33,151 nt of DNA from Atractiella rhizophila (lineage: Eukaryota), in NCBI GenBank assembly GCA_021432655.1, contig MU271580.1, positions 8,983 through 42,133 of the forward strand, written 5' to 3'. This document shows positions 11,301 to 24,800 of this stretch, one piece after another. Under the pieces are notes generated by a model. That model had not been told where the DNA came from and did not search any database. It worked only from the letters and a program-made list of their open reading frames with translations. The first letter of the stretch is position 1. Each line of letters starts with the position of its first letter. Position numbers and translations under genes: made by a program.

Positions 11301-12302
11301 CAGAACTGAAAAACATGAAAGAGGTCCAAATGTTACTTGGTTAGGTTAACTTCTACCATCATTTCTGCAACAGGTTCATTCATTTCCTGACCTTCATATG
11401 AGTTCACAAAAGAACAAAGTTTCCTGGATCTGGGGGTAGATCAGCAACATCCGTTCACTTCCTTGAAACCGCTCATGGTTTCGGCACCGATTTTCACTCA
11501 TTCAGAACTGACAGGACGATTTCTGCTCAAATCTGACACATCAAATTTCGTGACAGGAGCCGTTTTGTCACAGATGAAATCAGATGAAAAGTTTCATCCT
11601 CTCAGCCTCACGTTAAAATTCCTTGAGACTGCTCAGAGGAACTATGATACCTACGATAAAGTAATGATCACAATTATGCATGGACTAACAAGAATGGAGA
11701 CACCTCTTTCAGGGTACTGATGAACCATTTCTGATCCTGACAGATCGCAAAAACCTAGAGTATTTCAAGATACCACAAAAGTTAAATCGGCAACAAGTGT
11801 GTTGGATCGCTGAACTTGTGCCTTTCAATTCCACATTTTACATTGTCCGGGACAAAACTCCACAAAACCAGATGCACTTAGTTGGCGACCAGATCTCAAA
11901 GCGGCGACTTGTGACAATTTTGGCATAGTGCTACTCCCTGAGCAATTTTTTAACAGAGAAAGTATCATTGTTAATGTGACTTGGAGCACAGTGTGCTTAC
12001 CAGGCAGACATCAGACTTCAGCATACTGGAACACGTGAAAAAGATACCTGAAAGGGAAGAACAAGTGGTGAAAGCCCTTAGGGAGATACTGGTGAACATG
12101 TCCATTCAATTCACTAATAAGAATGGCAAGAAGTTGAGGGTGCTGTCTATTTTAACAGAAGACTGTACATACCCAGAGATGATAACATTCGCCACTCAAT
12201 TTTGCAAGACCTGCACAATTTGCAAATCACTGGTCATCCGGGTGTAAATCGACGACAGCTCTCGTAAGGTTATACTGGTGGCCAGGTTTGGCACATTACG
12301 TT
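8307..12302 (+). mobile_element. Heavily decayed Ty3/Gypsy LTR retrotransposon (boundaries approximate)
   Basis: Gag-like fragments ~9260-9500 (KILLTLSY..KGDA, RLSSLQQKDDLESYIIKFE). Protease-end motif IILGHNWLRYHDPEI ~10820. RT C-terminal KVAGVMDWPELKNMKEVQMLLG*VNFY ~11280. RNase H SAPIF..SDTSNFVTGAVLSQ..AQRNYDTYDK 11463-11720. Integrase Zn-finger start LH..TGHPG..YWWPGL ~12200-12300. The order PR-RT-RH-IN is Gypsy. The RT core appears deleted. Confidence 0.85.
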
Positions 12303-12503
12303 TGTGAGCTGATCCCCAGTGAAATGAGATGGTGGAAACGCTGGGGAATCAGGTTGGCGATGGCCCTAACCCTATGTACACGTGCCAATGAGTGGAGAAC
12401 AAGAGAGAGAGAGGGAAGGAACATCAATGAAGCGAGAGAAACAAGCGAAGGGAAGGAAAACAACGAAGTAAAATAGAGTCATGTGGTATGTCCCTCTCTC
12501 ACA
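12303..12503 (-). repeat. 3' LTR (201 bp) of the Copia element
   Basis: Bounded by TGTGAG...CTCACA. Adjacent 12504-12520 reads as a polypurine tract on the minus strand (GAGTGAGGGGGGGG). The LTR begins exactly where the Gypsy integrase similarity stops. Confidence 0.85.
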
Positions 12504-14400
12504 CCCCCCCCTCACTCAAGGTGTGGGGCACACAAAATGACCAACAGTAGAAAAGGCAAAGAATGGAAGAGGACGAGAACAAATTAATGTGGCCAAACAT
12601 GCAAACGTGATTCAGGATTGTCCCAGATTATTCGAGAGGATTAATAGAAATGAGTAAAAGTTAGAATGAAATTTATAATAGCCTAGAAACTGAAAGGAGC
12701 AAAATCTCGAAGTTCTGAGAATAGAGTGGAAACCTGAGTCAAACACTGCAATCGTGCATCTAACTAGACAATAGCCCCATAGCGGAACACAATTTAGAGT
12801 GCTGTAGGTATCCCAGGCCCTTCGTCAGCACATCAGGTACCATATCTTGTGTAGGGATCCATTCGAGTACGATCTCCCCACACACTACCTTTTCCCTTGT
12901 AAAGTGGTAGTGCTCATCGACGTGCTTCGTCCTACCATGGTTAGACGGATGTTTTGCCAGAGTAGGGATCCCTGGTTGTCTCCACTGATCAATGTCGCAT
13001 TCTGTTGAGGAAAACCAAGCTGTGATAACAGCGCTGGTAGCCACATCGCCTCCTTTACTGCTGTCGAGAGTGCGATGTACTCGGCCGCAGTTGAGGATAT
13101 CGCGACTGTCGGTTGCATTTTGGATATCCATGATATTGCTGAGCGTCCCAGGTGAAACACAACGCCAGATATTGAGCGTCTAGTGTCCAAGTCAGCAGCA
13201 TGGTCAGAGTCAGAAAAACCTTCAAGGGTTGTGCTACCTGTTGTGTCCCAAATGAGTTTGAAATCCAGTGTGCCTAAAAGGTATCTGAATATCCTTTGAA
13301 CCATCGTCCAGTGGCGACGCCCAGGATTGGCGTTGTATCGTGCTGCCCTGTTCACAGCGAATTGCAATGTCTGGTCGAGTGTTTACTGCAGCATAGATCA
13401 GTGCTCCCACAGCTTCCCTGTAAGGAATCCTTTTCATTTTCTCCCTCTCCCCATCAGTCTGGGCAGCCCAAGACTCTGTCACCTGATCGTCGATATCGCA
13501 TGGCGTCTTAGTCAGTTTCGTATCCTGCAACCCATACTTTTCAATGCATCTGCGCACATAAGCTTCCTGGTCCAAGGTAATAATACTTCTCTCTTCATCC
13601 CATGTTATGTTCATGCCTAGGAAATTCCCAACCATCGACGTCGCTATTTTGAATCGCGAGCGAAGCGCAGTATACAGCTTCTCGATGAGTGCGTGAGTGG
13701 ACGCCACGACAAGACTGTCATCAACGTGGATAACTACAATAGTCAGTCCCTCCCTATCATTTTTAAAATATACCCCATGGTCTGCATCCAAACGTGTAAA
13801 TCCTTGGTCGATAAAGAACACGTGGGGGGTATCGTTCCATCCCTTGCCTGCCTGCCATAGGCTATATAAGGTCTTTCGCAATCTGTAAACGTGAGCAGGG
13901 CGTTGCGGGTCGACAAAACCTTGAGGCTGACGAAGATATACTTCCTCACCCAGTATTCCATTCAAGAACGCATTGCTGACGTCGAATTGTCCTAGCTTCA
14001 TGTGTCTGGACACTGCAAGAGAAAGAATAGCGCGAATAGATACTATACGCACGGTAGGAGCGAAGGTGTCTTCGAAATCTACTCCCTCGGTCTGTGTGTC
14101 ACCCCGAGCAACGAGTCGTGCCTTGTACTTGATAATGCTTCCATCTAGATCCCTCTTTATCAGCAAGACTCATTTGCAACCCATTGCTTTCTTGCCAGAA
14201 GGCAGTGGAACAGGTTCCTCATCCCATGTTCCCATATTTCTCAATGCCACTATCTCCGCCAAGATCGCCTCCCACCATTTCTCAGCGTCGGGCCCAGTGA
14301 GCGCTTGCTTGAAAGACGGTTCGTCTAGACTACCTGTCCATTTCACATTAGCCGCACACATCTGCCAGCGTCTTACGTCCTCGCCTTCACCTCAGATTGA
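12303..14400 (-). mobile_element. 5'-truncated Ty1/Copia retrotransposon: RT and RNase H pseudogene, PPT and 3' LTR
   Basis: KYKARLVARG, DVSNAFLNG, QPQGF, HVDD, TRPDIA, GFSDSDHA, SSTAAEYIA, RTKHVD. Contains a stop (GCK*) and frameshifts. No gag or integrase seen. Confidence 0.95.
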
Positions 14401-14910
14401 TGATTGTAAAGATGAGCGTACGGCAGACACCACGTCCAGAAATTTCAAAATTTGTGGGTCTGTCGGCAAGGCCGTATGAGGCTTCATTCGACCTCATGTA
14501 ACCCACAGCGTGTCGTATCAATTTGTTTTCGTGTTTTTCAATCTTTGTTCTTTGGTTTGTTACATGGGCGCATGGGTTTTTTCATCGAATTGTCATCAGC
14601 AAGGCATATTAGCAGGTAACTTTGTACTTAGTGGTGTTGCATACATATCTCAATTATCAATGTTGGTTTTACTTATACATAAACTGCTGGTTTGAGGAGG
14701 AGAGTCAAAATACACTGGAGCTGAGGAGTTGAAGGAGTGACGTGTTAGAACTCGAGGTTTCCTGAACCATCACCATCATGCCTCCTTACCAGGACCTTGT
14801 CCAAAAGGCATAACAATCAGCTTATCGTCGTCTACTGGCTTACAATCCCCTGCTCTTGTTTCCGAAGGTCAAAGCACAAGATAGGGTTTTACAGTGGAAA
14901 CCGGATCAAC

Positions 14911-15910
14911 ATGTCCAATCAGTCTACAACCACCCTAGACTTCAAAACCTGGTTGCCCTCGCAACCAGCAGCTTCCCTGGACGAATTGACGCGTAAATCA
15001 TACGGTTCAGGATTAGCGAAGTATCTAGAATACTGCAAGAAGATGAAATTGCCTCAAGACAAAATCCTCCCAGCATCGAAAGGCGTGATCTTAGGTTGTG
15101 GTTTATGGACGTACATAAATGAAGACAGAGGAGCGGAAGGAGAAGGGCCAAGAAGTTGGTTACACCACTGAGAGCACAGAAGTATGTCACTGCACTTCAC
15201 CACAAGTTACCATTCACACTTTCCTCAAAGGAGGATTGGGACTATTTTCATTACCTTGTGCGCGGTGCAAGGAAATTGCGAGGAGAAGAGCTCAAGGCTC
15301 CTCGCCCCCCAGTTAACGCCACACATGCTCCACACCTTACACACTGGTTGGATTTTCATAACTTGTTCGACTCTTGTTGCTGGGCAGTTGCAACATCTAC
15401 CCTTTTTGGTTTGATGAGATTGGGAGAAGCCACTGTGCCCAGCAAACCGGAGTATACGCGACACCCAGAGAAATACATCCCTTTCCGTAACGCGACATGG
15501 AATTCCGATAATTCAGGTGTTGGATTTTGAAGTTGTTCCTTCCACACGATAAGACGAAGAAGCGTGTCCTGCGACCAGGGGAGAACCCAAATGTCTTCCT
15601 GCCGCAACAAGGAGACCTGAAGTTGTGTCCTGGGGAAGCTTTAGCCCACCACCGTTCGATCACACCATTGCAACTAGACAACATCCTGTTTTCATGCATT
15701 GACCGTGAGACGCTTCATGTGTAACCGATGATGAAACAGGCTTTTCTGAAACGCATCAATGAAATTTGGGAAGCCGCAGGTTTGGAACGCAATGTATCAG
15801 GACACAGTTATCGAATTGGAGGAGCCTCCTTTTTCCTAGGACAAGGGATCTCCTCTTACAGTACAATGAGCAGGCAGGTGGAAGTCACTGGCATTCACTT
15901 ACTGATTAGG
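14911..15910 (+). pseudogene. Tyrosine recombinase of DIRS/Ngaro-type retroelement, frameshifted
   Basis: Fragments: RKSYGSGLAKYLEYC..ILPAS (N-terminal domain), FGLMRLGEA (catalytic Arg), LFLPHDKT, CPGEAL, SGHSYRIGGA (HxxR), and out-of-frame GRWKSLAF. Confidence 0.85.
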
Positions 15911-16264
15911 TGTGGCAAGGCGTTTCGAATGTGATTATTCTGAGTTACAACTGATCAATGTCAATGTTCTCCTACCGCCAGGTTGTGGGGTGTGCCGCAA
16001 GCAGCAGGCTGTCGGTTTGTCGAACCTTTAGTGGGGTGTGCCTGCTTTCCTTGCGTCTCCCTTCAGGTAGCATAGCTTAGCGTTTGGAGCTCGTTTTTGT
16101 GCAGGTTTCATGCTTTCTTTGCAGCGCTTAGCTTGCATTCCGCGCACCTCTTCACGTCGTACCAGGCATGTACTACCAACCTCTGACCGCTCGACTTCGC
16201 TCCACCCAACCTGGCCGAAGAGTAATGTGCGTTGCAGTAATTAGAGTGAGCTGAAGAACAGATT

Positions 16265-16532
16265 TGTTGGACTTATCAGTAAACAATTGATGTAAGGGTC
16301 ACTCCCAGATCACGTATTTTCTATTTGGAGTCGCAGATTCAATTCATGTTCATATTGCTTTATTTTTGCATTTCTGTTTCCCCTGTCTCTTTTGCCCTAC
16401 ATATCATGTGACCTTTGTGCCCTATCTTAGATAGAGTTAGAGTTAGGATTTGTAACTGTGCAGCCCTTTGTATAAAGATAAAACAATGCCTCCGAGAGAC
16501 CTATTTTGTTCTCTCAGGATTTCTGCTCAACA
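16265..16532 (+). repeat. Possible solo LTR or LTR remnant
   Basis: TGTTG...CAACA ends, T-rich tract and TATAAA. No target-site duplication found. Confidence 0.3.
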
Positions 16533-17399
16533 TTGTCCTTGCAGTATGTGACACATTCATTGAATCAATCAATGATTTATGCAAGTCACATGATTTTGAC
16601 AAACCGTTCATTCACGTTGTCGTCCACTGATCTACATCACAATTACCCGTGTTTTTGCATCCACCCTAACAATTAAGTGTTCAAGTCAGTTTGGTTATAC
16701 AGAGAGAATTGAGGCCAGAGAAGGAAGAGAAGAATAGAAGCATTGAAGAATTGTTGCGCCAGGTAGCAGTGTCAAGAGCAGGTCTTTTAACACCCTCAAA
16801 TGTTAGCAATATATCACCATTTCTTTTCTTCGTCATTAGTGACAATTTTATGTACTGTCAGGATTTGCTGGTCCTGCATTGGTTCAATCATTGAGTCTGA
16901 AAGTGCAATATCCAGTATTGGCAGTACACAGCAATGAGAGCCAGCTTACAAATCTCCCACTTTCTCAAACTGAGGTTGGTAACAAAGTTTGAATATGAAG
17001 TTGTTGAAACTAGCCGGTTTCAGTTCGGGGCTTGAGTCCATTGAAGCTGTCCTTACATTCTCTCTGCTCAACACTTAATGCAATATCCAACTTAAGCTTC
17101 AGAATATTCAGGGCCATATGATCTCAGTAGTAAATATTCTTAAGACCAAAGTCATAACCAGCACAATCCCCTGATGGTAGGGTTATCCCCTACGGGTATG
17201 GTCGTCCTATCAGCTATGAGGTCCTACGGACAGAAAGGCCAGATTATGAGTATGGTTTGAGGTTTTCACTCCATTAAAAATGTTTAGTGAGCGAACATGT
17301 TTCCAAAACATATTTATCCATAGTTCAATGTATCATTCATTACCTTTCATCAATTGAACCAGCATGTGCGTGACTGTGGCAGCCTCCCCGTGCAATCCA

Positions 17400-20300
17400 T
17401 CTCATGATACTAAATCAAATTTCAACTCTCTAACCTCCACTTCCTCTCTTTCCTCCTCTTTGCCCTGAGATAGTTTGTATTTGCTGAACAGCTGGAGAGG
17501 TCGAATTCAGGAGTGGATGTACAACTTTGTCTGGATCCTCAATATCAGCATCAGCATAATGGAAACTCAGTTGCCAAAACATTAAAGTGTTGAGAATTTG
17601 TGTGGTATCACCTGGTGTTGGATTTACTGGATAGATATTCCACGACTGGTGAAGATGTGCAACTGCCGTTTGTACAAAGCGGCTGCAGTATGAAGGAGGG
17701 AATGTCAACAGCTAAATTCACAATTAGTTAGGAATTGGAATGATAAGAACTTACATGAGTCCTCTCTGATTGACTGAAATGCCGCTTCTTATCAACATGA
17801 ACCTGTTGGAATAAATGTTTGACTCGAGCCAGCTCTTCCTGGTCAGTTACTAAGGGATTGTTGTCCAATAGAAAACTCTGTGGGAGTGCAAGCATAAACT
17901 TTGGAAAAACCTTTCCAGATTGTGGGCTCCAATCTATTCTTCATAAGGACTTGTCTTTGGGAAAGGTTGAAAAGTCACCTTCTTCTCACATATTCTTCTC
18001 TTCTTAATCGCCAACCAATTTCTGAGAAGTATGGCTTCGTTTCACTCTAAGTGACCCTGTCATCACATCTGTACATCCCCACTTATTCTGCAACTTGGAC
18101 ATAGAAGACTGGGTGGCTAAAGGAGCCGGAATTTGATGTTCCAGTTCGACTTGATGGTCAATGCAAGCTGCAGTGGGAGATGGGAGAGCAGGACTTGATG
18201 AGCAGTGGGCTTCCTGTGCAGCAAAAATTAGATCTGTGATGAAGAAGACTGGCGGTGAACCAGAAGATCGTGTGCTGTAATTGAAAGCAGGATAACTTCT
18301 GTTGGGTGGATTATGGCACTTCCTTCATAAAATTCAAGTAACATACTTTCCTCATTTGCCAGAAGCAGCAGTTGTCCAAACCGCTTCTCGTCGTAAGTAC
18401 GATTTTGAGGATTGAGCGGATGAGAGTACTCGCCCTCTGGAAGGTTTGGATTCGGGCAAAAATGGTGCGACCATTAGCCTTCTCCTCACTACTGATAGCA
18501 TCAGGAAAAGTTTAGGAATTGTGGAGGAACATACTCGAGTGCCAAAACTCCCACTTCTGCTGCGGTCTGGTCTGCAAAGGTGATGCTCACACGTTGAAAT
18601 TGGTCCTATCCTTTGGTTATAAGCTGTTGATGGATACCTAAGACTTGACCATAATGTGACATGTAGTTCTAATCATGTTCTCATATGTTAACGGTCTATA
18701 CTTGCTTAGAAGGAAGAACGTACCCTCAAATCAGCTCTTTCATATCGTAGTCAACACTCTCTAGAGCAAGAATTGTCGGACCTTCTCGTTCCATCTGATC
18801 TCTTTCAGTTGCTCGATTTGCTTCATAGTTTGAGTTTGGAGTGATCGCCTCCTTGTTGGACCACTTGAAGGGAGAGCCTGAGCGACTCTGAGCAACCTGA
18901 GCTGGTGAGTGCTTGACTGTAAAGGCACCAAAGTGGGATGGTTTGATGGCAGTAGGGTGTGTAGTTGTGTGGAATCCGACATGGTGTTGACGAAGAGCAA
19001 GCGTTGAAGGAGAGACAGATAGACCTGGAGATGACATGGGGACGTTTGAGAGATCAGAAGGTGCAAACAAGAGAAGAGTGCTAAATGATTTGAGGGGAGA
19101 TGGTATCTGTGTGATTATGAGCTAGCTCTCTAAATGTTATAAGATCAACACTTACAAGTTTGGCATTTGGTCCTACAATGTCTAGAACAGTGGTCAGTCG
19201 CTGTGCCTTCTTCTCCTCCTTTGCCTCGGTTGGGTTCTTCTTCGTCTATCATGGCAATCAAGAGTCATGATCAAGAAAGGGAAATAGAGTACAGACCTTC
19301 TTAGACACTGACCGAAACAACAGTTCTTCATCATCTTTGTTCTCTCCCATTCCTTGCATGTCCGTAAAGTTGTGTAACACTTTCGAATTGTGGATCTTGG
19401 GTCTCTTTTCTTCTTCCCTGTCCTCTTCATCTTTGGCCAGCTCCATCCCTTTGAGACCTTCCGTTTCTCTGGGCTCACATGATAATGCCACAGCTGACAA
19501 ATGTTCAGCTTCCTCTTGTCATCCCAGTCTTCTCCAATGATGGCAGTATTCGCTTCTAATCGAATGTAGAAACTCTTTTACCTTCCTTATTCCCCTGCTC
19601 TAAGTATTCCGCTCCTTGAGTATCACTGTTGTTGGCTTTTAAACCCAAGATAGTAGTTCTTCTGCGACCCCTTCCTTTTGACTTCTTCTCACCTCGTTGC
19701 AGCAGTTTGTCATATGGACCAAAGACAGTACCGACTAGTCGCATATGCCTCGTTTCCGAATGAAGAGGGCTGTTTGAATGGAGAACTCTGATGGTCTGGC
19801 AGTGGTTACCACCTGTCGTTTTTTCCTAAAGGATTAGGAGAAGTCGAAAGTTGGACATCGATGGGTTTGACATTTCTGTGTGATCCATACTCTCGAGCCT
19901 GAAGACCCCGTCTCCCTTTGGTTTTAAGGTGCGGATAGGTTGGGTAAGAAGTGTATGAGACGATGGATGGTTGGAGGAAGAGAAAGAATTGCTGCTATGC
20001 CAGAAAATTGTTGAGCACAGAATGAAAGGAACAAAGCAAACATACACTATATCGCACGACTTCCAGCCTTTGATGGTAAGGACGGAGACAGCCTGAATGA
20101 TGCAAAAACAAGATTTTTGACAGCTTGGTATCATTTGAAGATGTGCATACCCAAGGTTTCAACAATATCCCAAAGATTCACTCCAGCAGCACATGGCGCC
20201 AATATTGAGACCTTTGGCACCTTGGTTGACCTCAGTACTGAACACTCTGAAACTCTTCACCTTGTCGATGTCAAGACTCCATATGGAGGGACCAGCAGGT

Positions 20301-21500
20301 GTGATCCTGATCCACAAATCCTGACGAAAGTGTATTTACATCGATCAGTTCCAAGACTGCCTATCTCCAGCCTCACAGCAAGCTCGAAATGGACACACTC
20401 AAGCCTCGAGGCATCCGTGGCAAGTGTCTCGATTCTCTTCTGAGGATAAAAATGGCGAAGGCAAGAGGTGTGTCTCTTTCAACACTCCTGGCCCATCTGA
20501 CACCTTTCTTTTCAGTTCCAGGCTACCCAATGGACAATGGGCGGCATTGAAGTAGCTGCTGAGAAGGAAGGCTTATATCTTTGTTATCATATTGGCCGAT
20601 ACCTCAGAAGTCTCGAAACTCGTGTTGACCCTGGTTATCATCTTTGGATGCTCAGCTCCCCAGGGTAGAGGGAAAGATCACTTGTTTCAGTAGTGTGACC
20701 TGCATCTGGCGAGGTTTAGTGGGTCCGACATCAAGTTACCCTATCTATAAATACAACATTCGTGCTACTGTCAGCTGGTGACCGAAAGATGTTGATCTGC
20801 ACAGCGAGCAAGCGTTCAAATGCTACGACTGTGTCATAATTCGTGATGAGCATCCTAATGTGAAAAGAAATTATCTTCCAGCACACATCCAACTTTTTCT
20901 CAGCATGAAGGTCAATGTTGTGTTGTATCAGCTGGCATTTCTTCAGCTCTTCAACTTTTCTGGAGTAATACTCTCTCTGACATGCAGATGTGGCAGCTTA
21001 AACCCACCACAGTCCTTGTAGATGGAGAGCAGTGGGAAGTTTTGGTAGTCTATTATTCGGCCAGTGGTGATTACTCCAGTCTGGGAGAACTCAACTCCTG
21101 ACCAGCATCGATCTGTAGTCCTAGACAGTCATGCCAAGCTCTGGTTGAACAAATGGACCGACTTAGACGCCTTTTTGAGGCTTGTATGACATTCAATGCA
21201 ATTATATAACCATCTTTTCTCTTTCAGCTTTGTTCAAGGTTATTACACTCGATCATCAATTGAATTCCTCTTATCAACCCTTGAGCCCACATTTAGGACC
21301 AAAGAGCTGCTCGTAGATAAGGAATTGATATCGGGAGCAAGTACTCAGCTGAACACAACGTGCCATGGCATCATTAGACATCCCATGAATCGACCAGTGT
21401 CTCCAGATATCTCATTTTGCACAATCTGTAGAGCAATAAAAAGAAACTGATAAAAGGAATTGTGTACAAGCCAACAAAACATTCCTGATGATCCCTCCCC
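17400..21500 (-). pseudogene. Unidentified decayed multi-exon gene or genes, possibly transposon cargo
   Basis: Minus-strand short introns (e.g. 17754-17712 GTAAGT..CTAAC..TTTAG; GTAAGT donor at 19155) separating Ser/Pro-rich and acidic/basic coding-like fragments (17430-17708, 18726-19070, 19258-19500) with scattered stops. No recognisable domain. Confidence 0.4.
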
Positions 21501-21851
21501 TTAATGGATATATCACCTCTTTTGCTGCCTATTCATATCACCTAAACTCTTAGCCTTTCAACTCCATATTCGTCCACTCCTGCTCCGTATCCAAAGAACA
21601 AGTCGCCCTGACGGAAATCACGCCTCTCTGATATGTGGTGACTGTGATTTCAGAGGGAGAGCAGCTAGAGGAGGCAGATGGCTGGTCTGGAACGAGCGCC
21701 GTTGACAGACTGAACATCAGCACAAACACCTTCAAGCTGGGTACAGAAAGAGTAAGTGACCGAGAGCAACTACCGGTCTGAGCTCTCTGCAGATGTTGCA
21801 GACCGCTCATGATTCATAGTAATGTATTTGAATGGGAGGTTTGGGTTGTTA

Positions 21852-24800
21852 TCCTATACTCTAAGATTCATCAGTTCTTGGCATGAATCAGAAGACGCAC
21901 TTTTGAGCCCTTACACCTCCTCACCATACACAATAGAATGAAATGTATTATACCATCATATCCCATATGTTTGCCCCTTTCTGAACCTGCAAGGAAATTT
22001 TATTCTGAAAGGGTTGAAAAATGCGTTTTGTACCGGACTCGAACCCTTGAAAGGAAGAAAATAGCCGACTCTGTCCCCGCAACTCCGCCGCAGCAGCCCC
22101 GCAATGAACCAAATTCCGCCGCAGCAGGCTTACCCAGAGTTGCCCTGCATTTGCAGCCTTGCCCAGAATTGCCCTGCATACATGTGATTTGTTTATATAG
22201 TGTGGTTTGATCATTTCTCAGGTGTGTGTCAATGACTTTTTCCATTCATAAGGGAAGGAAAGGACTAACATGTAAGTGAAATATAGCCTCTTATATGCTT
22301 CTGATGGCCAAGTAGACTCATTATGCCCCGTCCCAAGCAAAAAAAAGGTGCTGAGACACGAATTCGGGCCTAACAGCAGAGGCGAGAAGATAGCCCTGTT
22401 GATCTCCCCCGCCGTTCAGAGAGACGTACTGCAGGATTGCCTCAGCGCTTTCAGCTTACACAACCCACACCTCCTCAACATTTGACCTGTCAAATTCGTA
22501 TGCAGCAGCAGGAGGGTGAACCTCCTAGAGGACGCCGAAGCCGACGTCAGCCAGACCCTCCACCTTTACGTGAAGAAATCGATGACAGTCTCTGAGATGG
22601 ACAGCTGGAGGGTGGATTTGAGATTCCCAATCTTCCTAACCAAACGGTGATAGCTTCTCGGGATGCAAGACAAGATCAGCATCCTTTTTCCGCATTCAAC
22701 TACTTACCACACACAGTGGAGGCCATCCGACTTTTGGGATGGAATAAAGCCTTTTGCTCAGAATGTGGTGCTTTTCATTGGCTCGAGGAACGGATAGCAA
22801 GGAGCTCTAAGCGGAATCCAAAGTTTTCTAACTGTTGTTCTCTGGGAAAGATTATTCTTCCTGCTTATGAAGAACCACCAGCAGAATTACATCAGCTATT
22901 AATCAACCCAGATACCCAAGAATCAAAGCAGTTTCGAGAAAATATCCGCTCCTACAATAACGCTCTTTCCTTTACTTCTCTTGGAATCAAGCGGCCTCCT
23001 ATTCCTGGACAAGGAGTTTACTCTTTTCGGATTCAAGGGGAGCTGTGCCATCGCATTGGAGCTTTGCTACCTGATTCTGACGGAGATGAACGGTTCGCAC
23101 AAATCTACATGCTGGATTCTGAAGAGCAGATTCGACAGAGAGTAGAGACCGTTGGACAGCACAAACTCAAGGAAGGGACTTTGAGGAAGTTGCAAGGAAT
23201 GATGTGGCGGGTCAATCCCTGGCCGGAAATTTATAAAACAGCAAGAGAGCGCATGGAAGATAATCCGACTTTGAACCTCCACCTCCGAACTATTAATCCT
23301 ACTGATCAGGACCCTCGACGATACAATAGGCCAACAGGTCATGGCATAGGAGAAATTGCAGTACTTCTCATAGGTGAACAGTCAGGAGCTACGGCAGGTA
23401 TCACAAGGGATATTGTGGTTAAACTTCGACGTCCTGATGGTCAGAATTTCTTTGAAAGAGTTAGTGATCAGGATGCCAACTACCTTCCTCTACGCTTCCC
23501 ACTTTTGTTTCCCTACGGCGAACAAGGTTGGCATGCATATATCCCCCTCAGTCATGGAGACTTGCTTCAACGTGGTCCACGAGAGGACTATCGAAACGAT
23601 GAAGGACAAATAGTTGGTAATATGGGGGAACAGAAACACGTTACCCAGATGAACTACTACTCTTACCTGCTTCACTTAAAGAAGGACACATTCTCTCTAA
23701 TTCACCGTGGTGGCCGCCTGTTCCAAGAATTGGTTTGTGACGCTTATGCTCAGATAGAAAGTGGAAGATTGAGGTTCCTAAAGTACAATCAAGAACTTCT
23801 CCGAACTGAGTCTTATGCTGGACTTGGCGATGCATTAGAAGATGGTTGAGATGCTGCAGATGTTGGGAAGCAGACCATTCTACCATCTTCACACACTGGA
23901 AGTCCCTGCCAAATGAACCAGCAATTCCAAGATGCTATGGCGATTGTTGGAACCGAGGTTCACCTGCTATCTTCACAACTTTCACTTGCAATCCACGGTG
24001 GCCAGAAATCATAGAAGCTCTACTTCCTGGGCAAACAGCTGCCGATCGACTAGACTTGGTCTCTAGAGTTTTCAACACAAAGGTGAAGGCTTACATGCAG
24101 GACATCAAGGATAACTCAATCTTCGGACGGTCAGTCGGCTTCGTCTGGGTGATGGAATTTCAGAAACATGGTCTTCCTCATCCTCACATCCTTATCATCC
24201 TCAATCCTGAAGATACCATCAGGGATGTCGAGGCAATCGACCACATAGTGTCTGCCGAATTGCCTGACAAGGATACCGACCCTGAATTGTTTGAGATTGT
24301 CTGCAATCATATGCTTCATGGACCGTGTGGAGATATCAACCCAGATGCTCCATGCATGATAGATCCTAAAAATCCTAGAAGAAAGATCTGTGGCAAAGGG
24401 TTTCCGAAGCCATTCGTGGAAGAGACAGGCATTAACGAGGATGGCTATCCCACCTACCGTCGCTGTAACAATGGACGTACCTTTCAGAAATCATGGAATG
24501 GATTTATTTACGACAATCGTTGGGTTGTACCATTTAATGCTTATGTCCTTCAGCACTTTATAGCTCATATCAATGTGGAACTTTGCATCTCCATCAAATC
24601 AATCAAGTACCTCTTCAAATACATCTACAAAGGAAATGATCGGGCGCAAGCTGTCCTTCATAGCGTCCGAGGTGATGTTAGGGTAGTGGATAAGATTCAA
24701 GAGTACTTGGATGCTAGATTCATCGGATCTTCTGAAGCTAAGTGTTAACAACTACTCCTGAGATGATGTTAGGGCTTATTTGATACAATTTACAGCCTGT

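Noticed and set aside
14911..15934. Starship captain or active invertase
   Set aside because: Short, frameshifted, with DIRS/Ngaro-type motifs (HSYRIGGA, GRW), and located internally rather than at an element boundary.
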